Of a stretch of 43,003 nt of DNA, positions 19,353 to 30,600 are shown piece after piece (within the stretch, counting starts at the first letter, position 1; every line of letters begins with the position of its first letter). The notes below the pieces were generated by a model. The model was not told where the DNA came from. It made no database searches and was given only the letters and a program-made list of their open reading frames with translations. The position numbers and the translations under genes were made by a program. The stretch is from positions 3,395 to 46,397 of the forward strand of contig CAZDUZ010000002.1 of the NCBI GenBank assembly GCA_964508755.1, in the 5' to 3' direction. The DNA comes from an uncultured Candidatus Saccharibacteria bacterium. GTDB lineage: Bacteria > Patescibacteriota > Dojkabacteria > SC72 > JAFGCJ01.

Positions 19353-21317
19353 TTAATTAAGATGCTGCTTAAGCATTTTGATTTGATCTCTTGTTTCAGC
19401 AGCCTTCTCATATTCTAGGTTTTGAGCTTGAAGATACATTTTTTCTTCAAGCATTTTGATGTTTCTTTTAATGTCAGCGCTCGACAACCTCTTAACTGCT
19501 GCAGCGGTAAGCATCCCTTGCTTATCCTGTGTTCTCCAAGCGTTGCGGATCTTCTTCTCAATGGTCTTTGGGATGATACCATGTTCTTTATTGTATTGTT
19601 CCTGAATTCTCCTTCTTCGTTGAGTCTCTCTTATTGCTCGGGTCATGGAACCTGTTATATTGTCGGCATACATGATCACCCTTCCTTCCACATGTCGTGC
19701 AGCTCTTCCCATAGTCTGAATGAGGCTGCGCTCAGAACGAAGGAATCCCTCTTTGTCAGCATCAAGAATGATAACTAGTGACACTTCGGGTAGGTCAATA
19801 CCTTCACGTAGAAGATTTATTCCTACAACCACATCGTAGACTCCCAGTCGTAAATCACGAAGAATATCTATGCGTTCCACCGTATCTACATCCGAGTGCA
19901 GGTACTGAACTTTTATTCCTACTTCTTTAAGATAATTTGTAAGATCTTCTGCCATCCGCTTGGTGAGTGTGGTGATAAGAGTTCTTTGTTGCTTTTCGGT
20001 ATTCTTTTTTACCTCGGCGATGACGTCGTCAATTTGATTTTCTGTTTTTTTAACTTGAACGGTTGGATCAAGCAGGCCTGTGGGGCGAACAACCAGTTCG
20101 ATGGTATTGCTTGTGCTATGTTCCCGCTCCCAATTGCTGGGTGTTGCTGAAGTAAAAATCGTTTGGTTGAGCTTGTCTTGAAACTCTCGAAAATTGAGAG
20201 GTCGATTGTCGAGTGCAGAAGGAAGTCGGAAACCGTAATCAACAAGTACTTGTTTCCGAGATCGATCACCTTCGCTCATCCCTCCCACTTGAGGAATAGT
20301 TATGTGGGATTCATCGATGATCATCAAAAAATCTTTCGGAAAGTAGTCAATGAGAGTAAACGGAGGATCACCTTTTTCTCTATCCTCAAAGTATCGTGAA
20401 TAATTCTCGATTCCTGTGCAGTACCCTGCCTGCTCAAGCATTTCAAGATCAAAATTTGTACGTTGTTCTAGTCGTTGTGCCTCGAGAAGCTTTCCTTGAT
20501 TATTTAGCTCCTTAAGTCTTACTTCTAGGTCATGACGAATTTCAGAAATAACCGTCTTTACCATTTCAGGAGATACGACAAAATTTTTAGCAGGGAATAT
20601 CTCTAACTTTTCTAGCTCAGACACCGTTGATCCAGTAAGTGGGTCAGTTAAGACAATCCGTTCGATATGTTCTCCAAATAACTCTATGCGTACCGAGTAG
20701 TCATCGTAAGGAGGAAATATCTCGAGAATGTCACCCTTCAATCGAAAGGAACCCGGCATGAAATCGTAGTTATTTCGTTGATATTGGAGTGTTGCGAGGT
20801 CGCGGAGAAGTTGTGAGAGATTAACGGTTTTATCCACTTCGATCATTTGTGCCATTCCCTCGTGTTCTTTAGGATCGCCAATACTGTAAATACATGATAC
20901 TGAAGCGACGGTAATTAAATCACGTCTTCGCATTGCTGCGGTGATTGCTGATAATCGAAAGCGCTCAATCTCTTTGTTTACATCAGATTCCTTTTCAATA
21001 TAAAGATCTTTTGTCGGCACATATGCCTCAGGCTGGTAATAATCGTAATAAGAAACAAAATACTTTACCGCGTTGTTTGGGAAAAAATCAGAGTACTCTT
21101 CGAAAAGCTGCGCTGCTAATGTTTTGTTGTGTGAGAGAATTAATGTGGGGCGGTTGAGTCGTGCGATAACATTAGCCATAACAAACGTCTTACCACTTCC
21201 GGTGACACCTAGAAGCGTGGTGTACTTAGAACCTTTTTCAATTGCCTCACACAGTTCGTCTATTGCCTTTTCTTGTGCGACGGAAGGTTTATATGGAGAT
21301 GAGAGGCTGAAGTTCAT
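19353..21317 (-). CDS. uvrB: Excinuclease ABC subunit B
   Basis: GVTGSGKT, YFVSYYDYYQPEAY, IDESH, GINLLREGIDLPEV, C-terminal UVR domain. Confidence 0.98.
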   Translation of the reverse strand: MNFSLSSPYKPSVAQEKAIDELCEAIEKGSKYTTLLGVTGSGKTFVMANVIARLNRPTLILSHNKTLAAQLFEEYSDFFPNNAVKYFVSYYDYYQPEAYVPTKDLYIEKESDVNKEIERFRLSAITAAMRRRDLITVASVSCIYSIGDPKEHEGMAQMIEVDKTVNLSQLLRDLATLQYQRNNYDFMPGSFRLKGDILEIFPPYDDYSVRIELFGEHIERIVLTDPLTGSTVSELEKLEIFPAKNFVVSPEMVKTVISEIRHDLEVRLKELNNQGKLLEAQRLEQRTNFDLEMLEQAGYCTGIENYSRYFEDREKGDPPFTLIDYFPKDFLMIIDESHITIPQVGGMSEGDRSRKQVLVDYGFRLPSALDNRPLNFREFQDKLNQTIFTSATPSNWEREHSTSNTIELVVRPTGLLDPTVQVKKTENQIDDVIAEVKKNTEKQQRTLITTLTKRMAEDLTNYLKEVGIKVQYLHSDVDTVERIDILRDLRLGVYDVVVGINLLREGIDLPEVSLVIILDADKEGFLRSERSLIQTMGRAARHVEGRVIMYADNITGSMTRAIRETQRRRRIQEQYNKEHGIIPKTIEKKIRNAWRTQDKQGMLTAAAVKRLSSADIKRNIKMLEEKMYLQAQNLEYEKAAETRDQIKMLKQHLN

Positions 21318-21435
21318 GTGATTATTGTATCATGAACTTTTAAAAAATACTTAGGGTCTTCTTCGGGTCTTTTCTTATATTATCTATTGGTGTTTGAAAT
21401 ACTTCATTGAAAACATACCCTGATGCTATGCTACA

Positions 21436-22110
21436 ATGCTATCCATGATTTCGCTTCTATCGGTGGGACGGGAAATTCTTGGCACTTCAGCAGAAAGAAG
21501 AAGATTCATAAATGCCACAATTGGAATTGTGCTTCTCGCCGTGAATCTTAATGTACTTTCATGGATGTATAAGATAGTGTCAGGGGGAATGCCAGGATAT
21601 GGGCTTGCCCTTAATTTCTTGTTTGATGTTCCGGTAGGTTTGTTTCTATTAGTTACTAATACGCTGATCTTGGTAATAATGCTGATCGTGGAAGGAAAGT
21701 CAGCGGGAATAAAAGCCATTTATGGATATGTCCTTCTTTCTGTTGCCGTGGATGGTATCAGAAGAATTGTAGGTCTTGAACAGGTGGAATTACAGAATGT
21801 GGGGCTTCAAGTTGTTATCTCAGTGCTTCAAGCATTAACTGCCGCGATTCCAATCGGAATTGTTCTTAGAAATGGTTATACCTTTGGGAGCTGGACAAGT
21901 ATACTTCCTTTAATAAAACGAATAATCCCAAGTCTAACGATCTACGCTTTGGTTTTTATCGCAGATTTTATCTTGGCAATAATTGTATTAATGACTATGA
22001 GCTGGGAAAAATCGCTCCTTCTCCTTCTCAATGCGGTAATCTTCTTCTTTGTTCTCCGTTTTTCAATGTCAGTAAAACTTCCTTTGTGGCTTGTTGATAG
22101 AAAAACATAA
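21436..22110 (+). CDS. YitT-like multi-pass membrane protein
   Basis: About 6 TM segments, GGMPGYG...PVG...TN, GIVLRNGYTFG; start may be 21445. Confidence 0.65.
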   Translation: MLSMISLLSVGREILGTSAERRRFINATIGIVLLAVNLNVLSWMYKIVSGGMPGYGLALNFLFDVPVGLFLLVTNTLILVIMLIVEGKSAGIKAIYGYVLLSVAVDGIRRIVGLEQVELQNVGLQVVISVLQALTAAIPIGIVLRNGYTFGSWTSILPLIKRIIPSLTIYALVFIADFILAIIVLMTMSWEKSLLLLLNAVIFFFVLRFSMSVKLPLWLVDRKT

Positions 22111-22152
22111 AAAATGTCTAAACGAGGAGTAATTCATTGAAATACTCTCCAT

Positions 22153-22181
22153 TTGTAAAGACAGATAACAACCGCTAAAAT
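22153..22181 (+). promoter_or_regulatory. Putative promoter for leaderless mutL
   Basis: TTGTAA-17 nt-TAAAAT, ending 6 nt before ATG 22188. Confidence 0.6.
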
Positions 22182-22187
22182 GCGGAT

Positions 22188-24071
22188 ATGGCAGATATTT
22201 ATGAGCTTGATCAACAGACGATAAATGCGATAGCCGCTGGTGAAGTGGTTGAGCGTCCAGCATCAGTGTTAAAAGAACTTCTCGAAAACTCAATTGATGC
22301 TGGAGCAACGGTTATTACTGTGCATTGTCTGAAAGGTGGAATCGAATTAATTGAGGTGTCTGATAATGGTAGCGGTATCAGTAAAGATAATCTAGATCGG
22401 ATAGCAAGACCTCATAGTACGTCTAAGATTTCTGAAAGCGGAGATATCGAACGTGTAAGTACCCTTGGGTTCCGAGGTGAGGCTTTAGCATCAATTGCTG
22501 CAGTGTCAGATATTGAGATAATTACCTTCGATGGTTCTGATCGCTCAGGGTCTCAATTAAGTATTTCATATGGAGAACGGCAAGACATAAAGGCTGTGAG
22601 TCGTGAAAACGGTACCACGATGAAGGTGAAGCATTTATTTAAATCTGTACCTGCTCGACGGAAGTTTTTGAAGCTTCCTCAGACTGAATATCGAAAAATT
22701 CTCGATGTTTTTATTCCCCATGCATTAATTCATCCCGAAATCCAGTTTGTACTTCGGCATGACAGTCGGGAAATATACAACCTTCCGAAAGTTGCGAATG
22801 CTTCAGTCGCCTCGATTCATCCCGAAAGAGTCCATGCGCTATTTCCAGATATGGAATGGGTTGATCTGTTTTTTGATGGAGAGGGCGTTGTAATAGGTGG
22901 ATATGTGGGCCATCCATTACATCAAAAAACGACGGTCGATGCGCGACATATTTTTGTAAACGGTAGACCTATATGGGATAACGGAATTGCCCGATCAGTG
23001 ATTGTCGGAGCTTCACGGTTTATTGCAGAAGGAATGAAACTACCATTTATCCTTTCATTAAATGTTCCTCATTCGTATGTTGATATTAATGTACATCCAA
23101 GAAAACTTGAGGTTCGGTTTGCAAATCCCTATCGTATGTACTCTTCTGTTGAAAAAGCTGTAAAAGCATCTTTTGAAACAAAACTATCAGATGATTTTAT
23201 CGGTGATGAAGAGAGAGTTGCTGACAGACTGCGTCCAAGAAGTAACGGTGTTACATCTTCGTTGAGTAGTAGATCGGACACAGGAAGTGTGGGAGGTTCA
23301 TATTCTCTTTGGGATCGAAATGAAGAAAGTATGAGTGGTAGAAAATCATTTGATGTGGAAGAAAGTCTAAATTTCACAAAAGAAATATTACGGGAAGATA
23401 TTTCTAATAATCCAATATTTACGAAAGAAGGTCTCGAGCATTATGACTCTCATCGTACCGAGCAAATTCAAACTTCATCCATTGGTGAAGGGACCGTGAA
23501 TGCCCGTCAGTACATGAACAGGTATATCGTTGCTGAAGTATCAGGAAAGTTGCTCGTAGTCGATCAGCATGCTGCCGCAGAAAGAATCAGATTTGAAAAA
23601 CTTTTAAGTGAATTTGAAACAAATGGAATTGAAAATCAAACACTACTTGTTCCCATTGAGTTTTCCGTAACTAAGTCTGACGCGGTACTTTATGAGAATA
23701 TTCACGATTTGTTAATGAAGCTTGGTTATGGTGTTACCGTTGATGGTGAAAAGATTATCGTATCTTCGGTACCAGCTCAGATTAAAGCAGGTGATCATCA
23801 ACAGATATTGCTAGAAATAGTTAATGAATTAAAGGAAAACGAGGTTATTCACGATCAAGAAGTGACTCTGCAAGATAAATATCTGGATAGTGTCGTTGCT
23901 ACAATGGCATGCCATTCATCGGTAAGGATGAACCAGAAAATCAGTGATTTAGAAGCCTCTGCTATAATTCGTGACCTTTATAAATGCAAGAATTCATATA
24001 GCTGTCCGCATGGACGGCCGATTGTATGGAAACTATCACCTGAAGAAATTGATAGCAAGTTTGACCGCTAA
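22188..24071 (+). CDS. mutL: DNA mismatch repair endonuclease MutL
   Basis: IAAGEVVERPASVLKELLENSIDA, GFRGEAL, endonuclease motifs DQHAAAERIRFE, ACH, CPHGRP. Confidence 0.97.
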   Translation: MADIYELDQQTINAIAAGEVVERPASVLKELLENSIDAGATVITVHCLKGGIELIEVSDNGSGISKDNLDRIARPHSTSKISESGDIERVSTLGFRGEALASIAAVSDIEIITFDGSDRSGSQLSISYGERQDIKAVSRENGTTMKVKHLFKSVPARRKFLKLPQTEYRKILDVFIPHALIHPEIQFVLRHDSREIYNLPKVANASVASIHPERVHALFPDMEWVDLFFDGEGVVIGGYVGHPLHQKTTVDARHIFVNGRPIWDNGIARSVIVGASRFIAEGMKLPFILSLNVPHSYVDINVHPRKLEVRFANPYRMYSSVEKAVKASFETKLSDDFIGDEERVADRLRPRSNGVTSSLSSRSDTGSVGGSYSLWDRNEESMSGRKSFDVEESLNFTKEILREDISNNPIFTKEGLEHYDSHRTEQIQTSSIGEGTVNARQYMNRYIVAEVSGKLLVVDQHAAAERIRFEKLLSEFETNGIENQTLLVPIEFSVTKSDAVLYENIHDLLMKLGYGVTVDGEKIIVSSVPAQIKAGDHQQILLEIVNELKENEVIHDQEVTLQDKYLDSVVATMACHSSVRMNQKISDLEASAIIRDLYKCKNSYSCPHGRPIVWKLSPEEIDSKFDR

Positions 24072-24146
24072 ACGAGAATGGGGTTGCGGTTTATAAAGAA
24101 AAGGGTATAGTAGGTAATACATTTGATGTGATAGAATCATCTCAAA

Positions 24147-24232
24147 GCCGAGGTGGTGGAATTGGCAGACACGCTACCTTGAGGTGGTAGTGGGCGTAAA
24201 AGCCTGTGCAGGTTCAAGTCCTGTCCTCGGCA
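24147..24232 (+). tRNA. tRNA-Leu(GAG)
   Basis: GCCGAGG/CCTCGGC acceptor, CTACC-TT-GAG-GT-GGTAG, long variable arm, TTCAAGT T-loop. Confidence 0.96.
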
Positions 24233-24336
24233 TGTTTCTAGATCGGATCTTCAAAAAACATCCTTTCTTCCGATGGAAATCGGTTTTTTAGGCATTAAAA
24301 AGGAGGCCTATAGCGTCTAGATTGGAACTACCTGAT

Positions 24337-24410
24337 GGATCGGTAGCTCAACTGGTTAGAGCACACGGTTTACATCCGTGGGGTTGAGGGTTCGAGTCCC
24401 CCCCGATCCA
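24337..24410 (+). tRNA. tRNA-Val(UAC)
   Basis: GGATCGG/CCGATCC acceptor, CACGG-TT-TAC-AT-CCGTG, TTCGAGT T-loop. Confidence 0.96.
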
Positions 24411-24662
24411 TGTTTACTCTTTTGTTATCCCCTTGTAATACGATAAAACCTTTTTTTCCAGTTCTAAACTGTACGTCAATCCAAAAGTGGTTTACACGTG
24501 TTCATACTTCTGATAGTCTGTTAACAGGTGGACTCTATGAAGAAAACGCATAGTAAGAAGCCAAAGAATAAGTATAGTAAATTATATTTAAGGGCTTAAT
24601 TTACCTGTGTTTTTCGTTTTTATGTCCAACTCTTTTGCGCTGAAACTAAATACTAACGACAA

Positions 24663-27600
24663 ATGAAAGCACATATATTCTTAAGATCCTTTTTTGGGGT
24701 ATTAGCCTTTGCTGTAGGTTGTTTTTACCTTGGTCCTTTTTCAGCATTTGCCGCAAACGTTTCAGTTTCTTCAGTCGACGAATTAGAACAGGGAACTTTC
24801 ACTGATACACGAGTTATGTCTTCTGGTGAAGTGGTTAAGCTTCAGGCAGAAGGAACGTGGAATGCAATGACGTGGAAAAGTCCTGACAAAATAATTGGAG
24901 CTGGATCTGCCTTTACTTCTGATGGGACAAATATTTATGTAATACGTGGTCTAGGTGACATACTATTCTGGCGTTATAACACAGTAACAGATACTTGGAC
25001 TACTTTAGCAAATTTACCGAGAGGTGCGTATTATGGATCGGAACTTGAGTATCTAAATGGTTATATCTATGCCTTGTTTGGAGGATACCAAAGATCATTT
25101 GCACGTTATTCGATTGAGGACAATTCCTGGGAAATTCTCGATGACTATCCTGAGCTTGTTTGGCAAGGGGCAAGCCTTAGCGCTGATGATACTAATATTT
25201 ACGCAATTACTGGCAACAATACGCAGAGTTTCTATAAATATTCAGTAGTTGAAGATGATTGGAATCTTTTGGCCAGTCCCCCTGCAACGTTAAGAGCGGG
25301 AGCTGATTTGGAACGTTACGGAGATTTTATATATACTCTTCGTGGCAACAACACAACTACTTTTTATCGTTATTCAATTTCTTCTAATACGTGGTCAACG
25401 CTTGCGAATTTCCCAATTGCCATAAATGAAGATATAGATGTAACCGGTGCTAGTGGTGTTATTTATGTATCACGTCAGACAAATACAACCGCTTTTTATC
25501 AATACACAATTTCTTCAAATACTTGGACTCAGATTGCTAATGCACCGATGACTGCAAGATATGCAGGTGTTGAATATGTTGCAAATGATGGTTATGTTTA
25601 TTTTTTTAGAGGAAATAGTGATTATCGTTTCTGGAAGTACAATCCTGCGACAGACTCCTTTGTAGGACCGAGTGACACTCCAAATACTCTATCTACCGGT
25701 TCTGATATTATCTATCATAATGGATACCTTTACGCAGTAAGAGGTGTTAATACCTTAACCCTTTATCGACTGGATGTTGCATCAAATGTGTGGACACAAA
25801 TGGCTGATGCCCCTTCAGGTGCAAATTTTAATGATGATACGAATGGTGTTGTTGCAAATGGTAATTTATATTTATTTAGAGGCAGTAATACAACCACTTT
25901 TGTTCGATATGTAACTTCTTCAAATACGTGGGAAACGTTGGCAACAGCTCCTTCTGCGGTGAGATTCGGAGGAGCAATCGCCTATCCAGGATCAGGTAAT
26001 TTTCTATATGCAACAAGAGGAGCGGGAACAAATGCCTTTTATCGTTATGATATGGTTAATAACATCTGGGACGATGTTGCTGTTGCTGACCTACCTGCTG
26101 GAATTACCGCTTCATATGGCTCATCACTTGTTTCTGATGGTACCTATGTCTACTTTACCGGAGGAGCTGGTTTGAAGCGGATGTACCGGTTTGATATTGC
26201 CGCTGGCACTTGGTCAGAGCTGGCGCAGCTTCCATATTCTCCATATTATGGTAGTGATGCCACTTATGATGGAAATGGGCATATATTTGCTCTTTCAGGG
26301 AACTACCGATCAGACGTTTGGGTGTATTCTATTGCTGAAAATGATTGGTCTTTTTTCAGTTCATTTCCACTTTATGGTCCAACAGATCTGGGTGCGTGGT
26401 CTGGTTCGGCGATTGTTTCTGATAGGAATGGATCTATATTTATTACTAGAGCCAATGGTAGACAAGATGTTCTAGTTCTGAATTATGGTGCAAATATATA
26501 TAAAAATACCGGAACATGGACTTCACCCGTGCAAGATTTGAGTTATGTTGGATCGTGGGGAACATTAACCACAGATATTCAAACACCTGGTACATCCTCA
26601 ATTCTTGTTCAGACTCGCACGAGTAATGACGGAGTTTCCTGGAGTAATTGGGAGTCCTTGTCTGGTGGTGCGATAGTTTCTCCAGTGAGACGTTTTTTCC
26701 AGTTGAGAGCAACCCTTGTTGCGGATGCAGGAGGAATCGTTTCCCCACTTTGGGGAGGGTATAGTTTAGACTACACTACGGATACGAATCCACCAGGTAA
26801 TATTGGTACTGTCACAGCCTATTCTCAGCAGGTAGGTGGAGAAGAATTAACAAATGGAGAGGAATATTCTTTTGCATTCCCTTACTTTACATGGGATGAA
26901 GCAACAGACGCAGAAACCTCCGTTGCTGGGTATTATGTCTATTGGGGACCTACATCTAATGCTAATCCGGTAGACATAGGTACTTTCCAGACTGAAACTT
27001 TTTACCTTCCCAATCATGGGATTGAAGATGGTAATAACTATCTACGTATAGCAGTCAAAGATGTCGTTGGAAATATAAGTTCTCCTGTTACTGTGTTTCA
27101 ATACGATTATATCGGTGTTTCGCCGCTTCATTCTGAAGAAGTGTCTGGAGCAGAGCTTATTGGTACTGCCGTAGGTACATCGGTTACACCTTCTGGAATC
27201 AAGTTGTCGTCACGCTCTGATGGATTTTGGGTTGAACGGCGATTGACACCTCCAACTCGAAATTTCGGTTATGGTGCTCGCAGTGTAGCGTATGTAGCAT
27301 CAGAGAATAAAATGTATGCTCTATCAGGACAAAACGATCGTTACTTGCTTTCATACGATTTAGTAAACGATAGTTGGGTAGAACTTGCGCTTACTCCTCA
27401 AACGGTTTATTACGGCGGAGGAGTTGTGGAGGGACCTCCGGGGTATTTATATGCTGCACGTGGATATAACACAACTGAGTTTTGGAAGTATTCTATTGCA
27501 AGTAACTCTTGGGATGCATCTATAGCGCCAGCTCCGCTAACTGTTGGATACGGAGCTTCCATGGTTTTTGATGGTACTTAGTATATTTATCTTATGAGAG

Positions 27601-30600
27601 GAAATAGTTCAGATAATTTCTGGCGGTATGACACTTTTCTTGACACCTGGGAATCACTTTCAAAACCTAATTTTGGGGTTCCAGATTCAGCGGTTACGAA
27701 TAACGTCTATATTGGAGGAGAGCTAGCCTATGATGCAGAAAATGAATTGATATATGCAATTCAAGGTAACTACTATCATGGTTTCTCTGTATATGACATA
27801 AATAGAGATGCTTGGACGCTATTAGGTCCGTTACCCATCCTTCCATACTATGGTGCAAGCATTGAGTATTACCCAGCTGACAATAGCATCTATTACACTC
27901 CGGGAGACAACAAAGTAAACCTGTATAAGTACGATATATCTGCGGGGGAATGGGAAGAATTAACCCCTGCGCCGATTGGATTTTATTATGGTGGAGGATT
28001 ACATGTATTTGGTCAATGCATGTATGCAATTAGAGGGTCAGCTTCGAATTTGTTTTACAAATACAATATTGAGAAAAACTCATGGCTTATACCTACTCGT
28101 GGTCTTTACAGTAGAGTATATGAAGGCTCTGTATTACTTACCCAAAATAATGGAGCGGATATCGTAAAAGGAGATGGCGATCATTTTTATATAACTAGAG
28201 GAAATTATGGGGATGAATTTATTCGGTGGAATCAAACGACGGGTGAAGTAAGACGTATGCCAAATACACCGACAGGAGTGTTTGTCGGTTCAAGTATGGT
28301 GTATGACAATACAAGAAATAAAATTTACCTTACAGCGGGAGGAGTTGAGAATGGATTCTTTATCTTTGATATTAATGAAAACATTTGGTCGGAAGATGCA
28401 ACTGACAAAGTTCCCGTCGTTGTGAATTCTGGTTCATCAATGGTATATGATGGCTCACGTTATATCTATCTTACTAGAGGGGCATCTACAAATACGTTTT
28501 ACCGTTATGACATATTGGGATCCACAGGTGCTAAATGGACAACGATTGCCAATGTATCCGCAACTCTCGGTGCTGGTTCTGAATTATTGATTAATAATGG
28601 AAGTATATACACACTTAGAGGACTAAATGTTACTCCGAATCCATTTTACTCATATAATATTGGTACAAACACGTGGAGTTCACTCACCTCTCTATCCTCT
28701 CAAGTGAATACCGATGGATTTCTCACCGATGGTGGAAATGGTAACTTTTACGCTGCTCGAGGTAGTAACACGAGTGAATTTTATAAATATAGTATAAGTG
28801 GTAATTCATGGTCAGCTCTTCCTTCATTCCCAGGGCAAATATCGACAGGAGGGAGTGGAGAGTCTAACGGTGTAAATAAAATCTATGTGTTACCAGGTGT
28901 AGGAACTAATACGTACTCAGACGGGTTATATACATATGTATATGAAACAGATAATTCCTCTTTTGTAACAGAGGGAACCTATGAATCACAAGTACATGAC
29001 TTCACGAGTGTTTATCAGTGGGCCAGTCTTTCAGTATCGCGAACAGTTGCTCAAAACACCTCTATTCAAATAGAAACGAGTTCATCTGAAGACGGGGTCG
29101 TCTGGGGTGAATGGGCAGCGGTGAGTCGTGAGAAAACGCTCGGGACTGTAGTCAATTATCAAATCAATTCACCTGCTGAACGCTATTTTAAAGTACGCTT
29201 TACACTCAGTTCTGGTGATGGAATTTTATCTTCTGTTCTCTCTTCGTATACGGTTAATTATTTTCAGGATACTGCACGACCTTCAAACCCGAGTATCGAA
29301 GGATTTACCGCTCTCGAGTCAGATGGTTCATCGAATGAAATCAACAGCAACACTTGGTACAACTTTGCATCTCCGAAATTCAGTTGGGCAGATGCAGAAG
29401 AGGAATTTGGAGCATCTGATGGACAGAATGGTTCAGGTATTGCAGGATACTATGTGTATTGGGGTACCACCGCAGGCGCCTCTCCTGAAGAATTGGGAAT
29501 AATACAGGAAAGTGCCATGTATGCACCTTCATCATTAATTGATGGATCAACCTATTATCTTCGGATTCAAGCAGTCGATAGGGCAGGAAATGTATCACAG
29601 GATGTGTGGCAACCGTTTATTTACAAATATGATTCATCCGCGCCGGCAATTGTAGGAAACTTAAGTGCTGATCCTGCGGGATATACCGCTACTGACAGCT
29701 TCAATTTCCATTGGGATGCTTCTGTATCAAATGGAGCTCCAGTTGATGAATACTGTTATAAAACTGGTGCAAGCACAGGACCGTACGCTACCGATCAGTG
29801 TACAACCGCTACGACCGTTGAAGACATTCCTTCGCATAAAGTTGGTACAAACACATTCTCAGTACGAGTCCGGGATGAAGCTGGTAATCTTTCTAACTAT
29901 GCAACTGTTTCATACTTTTACGTCGACTCAGAAAATGCTCCTGCACCACCAACAAATTTGCAAGTCTCTCCAGTAAGCAGTACGGCTAACTCATTTGGTT
30001 TCAGTTGGGATCCACCATTGCCGGGAACATATTATGGTTCACAGTCAAACTTGTCATATCTTTATAGCGTTAATGCGCTTCCTACCGAGTATAGTGTTTC
30101 TGCCACCAGTTTGAGGTATCTTAATCCAGGTGCATATGCGACTCTTCCGGGAGAGAACAAGTTCTATATCGTGACTAAGGATGAAGCTGGCAATGTAAAC
30201 TATAATGACTACGCTGAAGTATCCTTTTTTGCAAACACTGTTGCACCAGGAATTCCGTTAAATTTAGAAATTGCTGATGTATCTGTTAAAAGTACTTCCA
30301 GTTGGCGTCTTGCGGTGTCGTGGGATCCACCAGAAGATGAGGGTAGTGGTGTTGCCGGATATCAGATTTTTCGTTCTGTTGATGGAGAAACCTTTTATTT
30401 CCATTCATACACCAGCGGATCATCGCTTGTAGATAGCAGGCTTATACAAACGACGTACTACTATAAAGTTAAGGCATGTGATAGCACAAATAACTGTGGT
30501 GCATTCTCGGGGGTCGTGAATCTGTATCCTGATGGTAGATACATTGAACCTGCTCAACTAATAGTAGAACCAGAGATATCAAATATTTCTCCGAAAAAAG

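Noticed and set aside
24537-24599. 20-aa Lys-rich ORF in frame with the giant gene
   Set aside because: Separated from it by two TAA stops, A-rich composition explains the Lys bias, and the giant gene has its own signal peptide.
27579-27581. Genome-wide stop-codon reassignment
   Set aside because: TAG ends sigma, nrdG and gatB at expected lengths, and TGA ends mraZ, ftsL and gatA; no suppressor tRNA or pyl genes in the window.
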